In this document: in pieces, positions 25,759-36,200 of the stretch
Layout of the letters: the number at the start of each line of letters is the position of its first letter
Position numbering within the stretch: the stretch's first letter is position 1
Source of the DNA: Acanthaster planci
Lineage: Eukaryota
Assembly (NCBI RefSeq): GCF_001949145.1
Contig: NW_019091355.1
Coordinates: 57,720 to 121,719, forward strand
Direction: 5' to 3'
Length of the DNA: 64,000 bases
Position numbers and translations under genes: made by a program
The notes under the pieces: generated by a model
Told to the model about the DNA's origin: nothing
The model's input: only the letters and a program-made list of their open reading frames with translations
Databases searched by the model: none

Positions 25759-25859
25759 GAATCCAACGTACATGTATATCAGTACAAGTAGCATGTTTGC
25801 CTGTTGCTTTCAAGTGCGTTGTAGGATTGTTGTTAATGTTGCTTTTCAGCAGTTAACTT

Positions 25860-27111
25860 TCACTTCTTAGCCTGTTGTTGTGCTTTAAGAACTCTCCTCA
25901 CAATCTTCTGCTCCTCAATCAAGAATGCCCTGATGATCCTAAAAAAAAACCAAGCATTACAAATGCTAAATAAAAATTAATTCAAAGATCTTACAGCCCA
26001 CAAAGAAATGAATGCTGCACAACTTTAGCTTGACTTTAAAAGGTTGAATTTAATTACTCTCTAGTGATTTAGGTTATTCAGAGGGCCAATCAAAAAAGTA
26101 TACAAGTCTGTTGCTGGCTTCACTATCTATTCTCAAGTTAAAGCACAGTTTACAACTTTGTAGCATTTTGTCAAGTTCAAATCCATTTCCGCAGTTGAGG
26201 GATGTTATACCTTTGTTTGACTGCACCAGCACTAAGACAGCCACCATAGGCTCGGGTAACACGCTTCTTGGGACGAGGAACAGACATCAGCTTCTTTGGT
26301 CGAGCTGCCACAACCTACATATACACAACATTAAAGTTCAAATAAACTCAGTCAAGAGACAACACAAGAAACAAGTTTGAGCAACAACTATGCGTTGACC
26401 ATTTTAGCCTTCTCTCTAGTAACAATCTATGAGATAAAATCTGCACATATTTTGCACATTTGAACCCCAACAAATGTTGACTGTACTAATTTGTTTTCTT
26501 TTCTACATTTTCCAGCCGACCTCACCTCAAACATTCAAAGATTCAACATTCCAGTCCCAGACAACAGTCTTAGCCCGCTTCAAACTGAATTCATTTTCAA
26601 AATGACCTTTCCCGCCCTCTGTGACCTTGACATTCATGTGCAGCAGGTTACCAGACCTTGCCCCCAAAAAGATCAACCAGCAGTCAACAAATGGTCAATG
26701 TCCAAACTTTCCCACAGATGTTGCTTCCAACTGCCACAACAGTATCAATAATGCATCACTGTTGATAAAATGCTTCAAAGAGTGCTTTACTGTAGTACAT
26801 GGGGAAAAAACTTGTTTATCAAAATAAGGTAACAGAGCAGTGGCATGCACTGAATTATCAGATTGAACAGGGATTAAAAAGGTAAGCAATCTGTCTGCAC
26901 ACACTCCGGAATAAAGGACAGAGTGTACATTTTGTTAACTATCGTTACCCACCCCCATCAACTTGACTCCAGTGTCACCACATCTAGCTGGGGAAGGTTT
27001 TTTCTTAAGGTAGTGGTACACCAGTTTACCTCCCGGCGTCTTGACAATCTTAACTTTGTTAGACTTGGTGTTGTAGGAGTGCCTACGTCTGTAATGAAGA
27101 CGCTGAACCAT
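25860..27111 (-). CDS. RPL34: 60S ribosomal protein L34 (eL34), 113 aa
   Basis: Coding exons 27111-26953, 26314-26211, 25938-25860 give [53 protein letters not shown] / [35 protein letters not shown] / [25 protein letters not shown], with the diagnostic KTPGG, RAYGG and [11 protein letters not shown] motifs. Confidence 0.97.
26455..26662 (-). repeat. Copy A of a ~210 nt element duplicated in RPL34 introns (intron 2)
   Basis: About 15 substitutions against copy B over ~205 nt, with no indels seen. Confidence 0.9.
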
Positions 27112-27311
27112 AATGATCCTTGCCACAAGAAAAAGAAAAACTACTTTAATCTTGGATGCACTTCATTACACCTTCAATATTTCTGCACACAAAGACGAAT
27201 TTACATTGTGGTCACATCTAGTTAGTCCCGCAAATGTTTCCCAACGAACTGAACTTGCTGTATCCTTGGCCAAACAGCAATAAATGCTTTGCTGCAACAC
27301 AAACAGTTGCA

Positions 27312-27520
27312 CACATTTGAACCCCAACGAATGTTGAATGTACTAATTTGTTTCCTTTTCTGCCTTTTCCGGCTGATCTCACCTCAAACATTCGAAGATT
27401 CAACATTGCAGTCCTAGACAACAGTCTAAGCCCACTTCAAACTGAATTCATTTTCAAAATGATCTTTCCCGCCCTCTGTGACCTTGACATTCATGTGCAG
27501 CAGGTTACCAGGCCTTGCCC
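27312..27520 (-). repeat. Copy B of a ~210 nt element duplicated in RPL34 introns (intron 1)
   Basis: Direct repeat of 26455-26662 at an offset of 857 nt. Confidence 0.9.
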
Positions 27521-28015
27521 GAAAAAGACGACAGCTGTTTCATGTCAGAGATGTTTGTCCCACCAGCCTTATGCCTTCAGGTGCACAGGAGAGCAGGAAA
27601 AGGAGGACAGAGAAGCTTTGATAGTTCGACTACAATATTACACAGGGGTAAAGCATGCGAAAATGTGTACAAATGTTTGCCCCACAGTGAAGCATGGCTG
27701 CTTGGTCAATGATGCCGCAAGGGCCTGGGCCAGTCAGTCTTCAGGCAACACTCACAGTCATCAACAGGGCTAGCAAATTGACAACAAGGCTAACATCAGA
27801 TTTTCAAAACTTTTGCTTTTTTCACTGAACATGCTGAAAGAATTCCTTTACCACTTCACAGTGTTTTTCAATGACTAATACAGAAACATTTGGAATAAAT
27901 TACTAAGGTACATGTCCTTCTTTTCTCATGGGTATGAATACATTGTAACCATGGTAATATGTGTGACAGCATAGGCTTGCGCATGAACAAAGCAGAAATA
28001 GAGTACAAAATATGG

Positions 28016-29476
28016 AACATGTTTTCCGAGAAACGTAATGCTTTTTTAAAAGTCAATGCATGATTGGCATTACATTTAAGCCTAATGTACCTAGGCCTGT
28101 TGACTGACGTCTGTGTCCTCATAGTCGCCAGGTCCCTTGTTTTGTTACTCACTGTGAAAAACCAATCGGAATTGACAATATGTGGCAACTATATGTGTAC
28201 GAAGCAGAATTAAAGATCAGAACATGTTTTCTGAGAAACGTAATGCTTTTTTAAAAGTTAAATTTTTTTTAATCTAATATTTTTCAAAACAGACCGTACT
28301 TTGAATTTTTGAATTCATTTTCCAAAACCAAATGAAATCTTTCGTACCTAATATATCTTTTTTGGGTGAAATTTTACAGACCTAACATGTTTTAAGATTC
28401 GAATGAAATTTTTTCAGACCTAACGTGTTGAAGCTTCGAATGTAATGTTTCAGACCTAACATGTTTTCGAAATCTGAATTAGATTTGACAGACCTAACGT
28501 TTTCCAGATTCGAATGCATTTTCCCCAACAATAAACTGCCAAAGGTTTTGAGTTCTGCACCCACATTTCATCCGAATTCAGAAAGCATCCGAATTTCAAA
28601 AGCATACGACTTTAAAAAGCATCCGAATTCTGAAAGCATTCGAATTCCGGAAGCAATCCAATTGAAAACTCATCCAAATTATGTATATATTTAGTCCCTT
28701 GTCTTAATTCGTAATTTGGGACTTATAGCATTGATTGCCCGATTGTTTAAGGGAGTGGGAATTATTCTATAGTTTGACTGTGCATGCACATACCGAACAC
28801 AGCCGAATCGTCGAAAAAGATTCAGAACTTCGGGTACCATCGGGTCAAACACCGTCAAAAAGATCGGATGCTTTTTAAATTCGGATGCTTTCTCAATGCA
28901 GATTTTTCAATTGGGATGCTTTTGAAATTCGGATGCTTTCTGAATTCGGATGAAATTGTCGTGGAAAATGCTTTCGAATCTGGAAAACGTTAGGTCTGTC
29001 AAATTTCATTCGAATCTTCAAAACATGTTAGGTCTGAAAAATTTTACTCAAATCTTTAAACCATATTAGGTCCAAAAAATTTCATTCGTATTTTAAAAAC
29101 ATGTCACATCTAAAAAATTTCATTTGAATCTTAAAAACATGTTATTGTTAGGTCTGTAAAATTTCATCCAAAAAAGATATATTAGGTACGAAAGATTTCA
29201 TTCGGTTTGGGAAAATGAATTCAAAATTCAAAGTACGGTCTGTTTTAAAAAATATTAGATTAAAAAAAATTTAACTTTTAAAAAAGCATTACGTTTCTCA
29301 GAAAACATGTTCTGATCTTTAATTCTGCTTCGTACACATATAGTTGCCACATATTGTCAATTCCGATTGGTTTTTCACAGTGAGTAACAAAACAAGGGAC
29401 CTGGCGACTATGAGGACACAGACGTCAGTCAACAGGCCTAGGTACATTAGGCTTAAATGTAATGCCAATCATGCAT
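28016..29476. mobile_element. Foldback-like palindromic element in RPL34 intron 1
   Basis: 28056-28390 is a near-perfect reverse complement of 29145-29476. The inner arms are built from ~35-40 nt (cagacctaac...ttcgaatg) and ~17 nt (gcatccgaatt) subrepeats mirrored on both sides. Spacer about 28680-28860; no transposase ORF. Confidence 0.8.
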
Positions 29477-29893
29477 CATGCCAAGCAATATGACCAACCT
29501 CAACTCCATAGGATCTAGTATTAGGACCATACGTCATGTACGTAGGCCTATATTACATTAAAGCCTACACGTAGGCCTAGCCTACTTCAAACTTATTGCA
29601 TTTTCAACATTTCAATAGGCCTTTGACCTACTATTATTTAGAATATCCATGGAAGACCAGTGATTTTTTTTTTCATTGTGGGGAACAGCCGGGCCTAGGC
29701 CTACGCAATTGCTAACCGCGTGAAAGTTACTCTACAATGCCTGATAAAGTTTATTAAAAATCTATTTATATGGCCACTAAATTGCAGAAAATTGAGTTCC
29801 TTATGTATTATACCACTCTATACAATAGATGTTGAAAAAATATCCTCCCTAAGAAAAGCAATGATGTGGATGAATCAAGATATTTTTCCTCAC

Positions 29894-30253
29894 TTCTTTC
29901 GGCTCGCAGCCGCTTTGAATCAAGATGGCGAAAGAAAGAAAGACATATTAATGGATAGAGGGCGCTGTTTAAAAAATTGTCTGTTTATCGCACCGATATA
30001 CATGTATATAGGGAAGCCGTAGGCGTGAGTAGGCTACTGTAGATTTTGTCCAAACATGGAGAATCATAGGTTAGAAAACGGTAAATTTTCACATCTGCAA
30101 GCCTAAGATATGCCAGACGATGACCGTGCATATACGGTCTTTTCTTGTAAATAGTCAGTAGCTTTTTTCCGTCAGGAGGCTCCCTGTATCCAAGTTTGAT
30201 TCGACGTACCGGTACTGCAATCGCTTGACGATCAAGACAACTGAAGTTGCAAA
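29894..30253. promoter_or_regulatory. Bidirectional RPL34 / VTI1A promoter including the non-coding first exon of RPL34 (about 29942-29894, minus strand)
   Basis: The minus strand reads tctttctttctttcGCCATcttg...gaaagaa|gtgagg: a polypyrimidine TCT/5'TOP start, a YY1-type GCCAT and a splice donor, as is typical of ribosomal protein genes. The VTI1A ATG lies about 310 nt away on +. Confidence 0.7.
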
Positions 30254-33200
30254 ATGGCCTCTGCTGCTATGGAAGAGTTTGAGCATCAGTTTGCTTCCAT
30301 TTCCGCAGAAATAACGACCAAAATCAACAAAATACCACAGTTAACTGGAAGTAAGTTCACTTACATTGTACTCATGTCGTTCATTCAGGCTTCAGTCATC
30401 ATCATGCAGTTGTTTTTCATCATCATAATGACCACGTTCATGTATATTTTTAGTATTACATTGTACTTAATACAGGGATTGCACGTCATGTTTTTCAATG
30501 GTTCCTTGCCATTGCAAAGTAACGGTTACTGAGTACCGGCTACAAGGGGTCTATTGCCCATATGTCTTACACTCAGCAAATCAGGTAACAACAGTTAACT
30601 GGAAGTAAAACAGCCCTGGCCCTGTTAAAAACTGGTATTTCAACACTAAACAGTGGTAATAACCACAGTAGGCCTAACCACATTTAGAGAATTAAATATT
30701 TCCAAATAGGTCACTTGGGAGACATTTTGTGGTAAATTTTTCAACATTATGGAGACATCGGTCATTAGGGAGATATTTCAATGTCTCCCTAATGCTCCAG
30801 CTACCAAAAGGAGGAAAATTTTTATTGTCCACATTTTGAGAGATGATAAATTAGGGTCTGAAAGGAAAACATGCAAAGTTTGGTTAAGATCGGATTAGGG
30901 AATATTGAATTATGGGAATGTCTCCCAAGTGACCCATTTTCGGTAATAGAAATAACTAATATTATGTGTCATGTTTGTTTCATATTTTTACATATAACAT
31001 GACAAACTCATAATCATAATTTGATGGTTTGCAAAACTTTTGGATGTGTTCAATCAGGCTATTATCTGTTATTGTTCATTGTTAACAATGCCAGATTTGA
31101 GTACCCTTATCTATCTGTGTTACACATAAATTGTAAAGCTGTTTCCCCATTGTTTTTGCTGTGTTTATTTTACTGCCCTTTTTCCTTGTTGGGTGCTATT
31201 ATTTGATAAAGCACTGTCAGTTGATTTTGTACTTTTTTCGTCTTGCCTTTATCGGTTGAGTGGTGCTTTTTTCTAATTCTCAGTGAAGGACAATTGTTCT
31301 TGAAGTATTGAAGTTAAAATTGTATATACTTATACATGTGAAGTTGCAAATTTTGTGATAATCATTCTGTGGTGATTTGTTGAAGTACGAAAGCCGGGAT
31401 AGTAGTCGAATTATGATTATATTGTATTGAAGGACCTGGCCTCAGCATTGACTACCTGTATTTTCAAGTTTCCTCTGTAGACATCACGACTTTATGAAAT
31501 TTACTAGGTTTGTTTGTCATTGTTGTATCATTTAGATGAAAAGAAACAACTAAGCAGTTCAGCAGAGAGACAGATTGATGAGGCAAGAGAACTGGTAAGA
31601 AAATTATCTTACTATTTATTAACTGTACCAGGATGTGTAAAAATGTAGCCAATGCTTAATGATATAAGTAAAATTCCTTCCAATGCTGAACAAAATTAGC
31701 AACTGGAATCTTCTTTGAATAATTAATGTGTATACCCTTAATTTAGAAATGTATGTTCTTTTATGTTACAAATTACCGTCAAGTAGATTTAAACATTTAG
31801 ATAATTGACTACAAGTACATTTACTGCAAGATCTGTTTCCATTCAATACAACTCAAACAGATTTTTAATAGGACTTATTGTATTATCCCCTACTTGTTCA
31901 TTTTTGCCTATGAGCCTTCAGTCAGTGAAGATTTACACTCAGACATTCAATTACACTTGTGAAATTTAAGAGTTTAATTAGGTAAATCGGTATATATACA
32001 CATGCCGCTAAAGTCAGAAGCTGATACATTTTCTGATCTATTTTTAATTTGTATAGAGCCAGTTAGACAGCTTAGGCTTCCAGGTTGTAGCTAACTTTAT
32101 TTATTAAGTCCTCTGTTTACTCCATACTGAATTGATTAAATAAACTGTGTTCAATCAGCATGTGCTGGAAATAGCACCAGTATTTCTAAATGAAACAAAG
32201 GGAAACAGTTAACTAATGCAGACTTTCAGAAGATATTATTTGCGACAAACTTTGATTTTTCTGAATGTAGATAGACTATCAGGTTATCTAACCCACCCAT
32301 CTGTTGTAGTGTAACAAATAATCAATGTTTGGAGGTGTGTGAAATTAAGGGTAAAACCAAGCAAATACAAACAGCCAAGTCAACACACTTAAATCTTTTG
32401 ATTTTGTGCATGTTTGTGTTTGTATTTATTTTCAGGTAGTTCAAATAGCATAAATAACAATAGAAAGTAATTGACTGATGGCTTATTTCCACGTTGATGC
32501 TTTTCAAACCTTCAAGTTATTATTCATATACATGTACATGTACATGTAAATGTATACTGAAGCTGACATTTGATATTTTTATCTTCAAGTGTTAGGTTCA
32601 TGTACGTGAAAACAGATATTATTTTATCATTGAAAAGAAAAAATGCTAATGAGAAGTTTTACGAATGTAGGGCCTGTTTGTTTCATAGGATTCAGATCTC
32701 GACCAGTGATCCCATTGCTGGATCACTGTATCCATCAGGAAGGTTTTGGTGTCAGTGATGAAACAAACAGGGCCGTAGCATGGTCATTTACAGAGTCAGT
32801 ACCTTAGATAATGGATTGTATCATTGCTTGAAAGCCCTGCTTCTGCATCATCATGGGTCATTATTTATTCTGTTGTTATTCATTCTTTCTTTTATCATAT
32901 GTAGCTTGAGCAGATGGATCTAGAGGTGCGAACCATACCATCTTCAGATAGGCAAAAATACAGTACTCGATTGAGAAGTTATGAAGCAGAACTTACCAGA
33001 CTAGAAAAAGATCTTGTAAGTAACTTGACCAAATTGCCTGCATGTGTATCCCCCCAAATTTTGGCTTTAAAAATGGTGCTCATTTAGTGGTATTCATTTT
33101 TGAAAGTTGACTGTACGTGTATTTTGACAAACGTTGGTCAAAGCATAAATGCATTTGCAATTGAGTAGACAAGTAAATTTTTTAACTTTCAAATTCTGAA

Positions 33201-36200
33201 ATAAAATAAAGGTTTTTATATTTCTGGTATGCCCACTGAGTTTAAGAGTGTTGTGTGTCACAGAAATCGTGCACATTACATGAATGTGACAAATGTTGAA
33301 ATAAATATTCACCTTGGGTTTACAGTTACTGTACATGTACATGGTCACTTTAATACGTTTGCCTCACTCCAAATGTCAAATGCCATTGGTGTTTTTAAAC
33401 ATTCAAGAAATTAACAAATGGAGCCTTTGTTTTTCTTTCATACTTTTCATTAGAGGAAAGCCAAGATAGCATTCCGTGATGGGGATGCTTCAAGAGAAGA
33501 GCTTCTAGGAATAGATGATCCAAGGAACTCCGAAGATCAGGTTAGTCCCTCCCTACAGTGTTTAATAATAATGGATAAACATATAGCTTTGTCACATTCA
33601 GCTGTATCAATGTACAGGTATTTGTGATTCACTATGTTTATTCCAGAGAGCAAGGTTACTTGATAACACAGAGAGGTTAGAGAGATCTGGCAAGAAACTG
33701 GAAGCTGGTTACAGAATGACGATAGAAACAGGTAAATTTGTGTTTCAGACCTTACAGGCCATCAATTAATATTTGCCAATGGCTGGACATGTATACCTGT
33801 ACTTATGATAGAAACAGGTGAATGTGAATAGAAACATGTACGTACATGTACCATACCCTACAGTCAGTCTATTATCCCTAACCATGCTGAACCCAACAAG
33901 GTTAATAATGACTGGAGATTAATATACAGAGCATATCAAACCAAATGCAACAAAATTGGTTTTGAATTCTACACTGCCCTCTGGAGTTGTGATAACGGAA
34001 TTCTTTGGGAGACAATCGCGTAAGCGCAGACAAGATTGCTATAATTTCTTGGGCAGACTAGACAAACATTTTTCGAGCCCAGTCAAAGATTTTGACGTTG
34101 GGCCATTATTTCTTGATATGCGTTTTGCCTTTCATGAGCCAGATGGTCAAGGGTGGTGAAAATGACAAAGGTAATTTGGGTGCCGATGGCGACCTGAAAA
34201 AAAAGGGAAAGATGATGAAAATTCCCAAGTAAATGTTAGCTTACGCAGCAAGAAGCAAACCAGCACTCCTGCATATAAAGTTACATGTGCAATAAAAATC
34301 CCGACAAAATCGACTGCGGTAGCAGTTAATAAACTAAATGAAAAAATCAACCTGTTAACGTCCAACGTGCTGAAATAAACTGATGAAGTTGGTAAACTAA
34401 ATGCTGCCAAAACTGCACCGCATGAGAACAGATTTCGTTGGTATTGGTCCTACTATGACGAGGACATTTTTCTCCGGCGCAGTATGATATGCGTGGTGCG
34501 TATGCCGGTTGGCACCATAAGGATGAATATGATTATGACGATTACAATGAAGTTGCACCGGACATGTGTGGTGACCCCAACGAGGCTTCTCAAGGCAATG
34601 ATGACACAGTGGGTGGCAGCCATGATGGCAGTTCGTGAATCTGATCATGGCAATGTTGCCAATTGTACCGCGGTTTCGTCGATCCAGAGATCGTATCCTA
34701 AGTCGACAAATATCTGAATGAACTGAACATTGCTGAGCAAGAAGATACCGGCTGCCAATAGCTGAGCCGTTGCCAGAAGGAGTGAACAAAATGCTCGCGT
34801 CGGATATGGAGTGCAATTTGTTTAAGAAGAATACGGTTGCTATTCTACTCCCTCAAAACTGTACAGCTTTAATCACAGTGAAGGTTGATGAGTTAGCGTG
34901 GAGTCTTTTGAAAGGCCCAACAAAGAAATTTGATGAAAGGCTTCAAGCTGTTTGTACAGCTGTTGTGAAGACAGGATGCAATGTCACTAAGCTGGTTAAC
35001 AAGAAGCAAGACAATTTTGTGGCCAATAAGCTTCTATCAGAGTTTCAGGAAACTGGAACACAATATGTTGATGACCTGGCCACAATGGCCAGGTCTAGTT
35101 TGGCTATGCTGGGCCATGCATACCATAGCCCTTGCCTCGGTATAGACGTGAATTACATATGCCTGATGTTGCATGGAAATACAGCAACTTTTTTCCCCAC
35201 TAACGTTCAGCATAGCAATTACCTGTATGAAAGGAAGGATAATGTCGAGAAACTAAAGACATCAAGCGGAGCAGCCAACTTCAACTGAGTGGCAGTGGTA
35301 AATCATACCCCAAGGGTCCACAAAGGCAGTACTCTGGGCACTTTGATGGTTATGGGTATGCATGTGGCCCATCAAGATTTGGCCCAATCTCAGCATGGTA
35401 CGGTGTACAGGGGCAGACTACCTAACCATTCATACCCTAAGGGACGAGGTACCACAAAAAGAGCTTCCAGTCGTGGGAATGCCTGGAGCTGAACACCTCG
35501 AGGTGAGGTAGGCTGTCAACAAGTCTCAGTTTCTTTTGGTGCCGCTGTGATTGATTCTGAAGTCACACGGTTTCAAGCAGGAAGACTGAAACACTTTGTA
35601 ACACAACGTCAAGCAATCGCTTCTGATGCAGAGATCGTAGAAGCGGTTACAAGTTGTACTATTGTGTTTGAAGGTAGTGTCCCAGAACAGGTTTGCTAAC
35701 CTGTATCAAAATTCAATATTCAGGAAAAAATGTTTATGAACACAGAGAGAAAACAGCGGTTAGAAAAGGGAGTTGTTGAGGAAGTGTTGCCTATGGATGG
35801 GGAATATCTGTCAACTATTTTTCTTGTGCCTAAGAAAAACGGAACATTTTGATTAATTTTAAACCTCAAGAACTTCAACATACATGTCAAATACATCCAC
35901 TTTAAAATGGCAACCTTTGGCATAGCAATAAAACTGCTATCACCAGGAAGCTTACTGCAGTGTTCCAGTCCATGAATATTTCAGAAAATACCTCAGATTT
36001 CTCTGGGATGGCAAAGTGTTTCAGTGTACTTGTTAGCCAAATTGGCTCTCCGCGCCCCTCTTAAATATACAAAGTTGACGAAGCCAGTGTATGCTACATT
36101 GGGAGAAGGAAGGAAACAATATCTCAGGATTTTTAGATAATATGTTTATTGGTGCATACACGCAGGATGAATTACAAGCATCTGTTTCACAAGCGTTGCA

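Noticed and set aside
27545..27763. Possible C/D snoRNA on the minus strand (TGATGA at 27763, CTGA at 27548)
   Set aside because: The terminal stem is weak and no recognisable rRNA or snRNA antisense element precedes the D box; an Rfam search would be needed.
26491..27773. Two similar plus-strand ORFs (86 and 141 aa) antisense to RPL34
   Set aside because: They begin at TTG, are similar only because of the intronic duplication, and diverge immediately outside it.
28375..29160. Regularly spaced ~37 nt repeats resembling a CRISPR array
   Set aside because: The units are degenerate tandem subrepeats mirrored in a eukaryotic foldback element, with no unique spacers and no cas genes.
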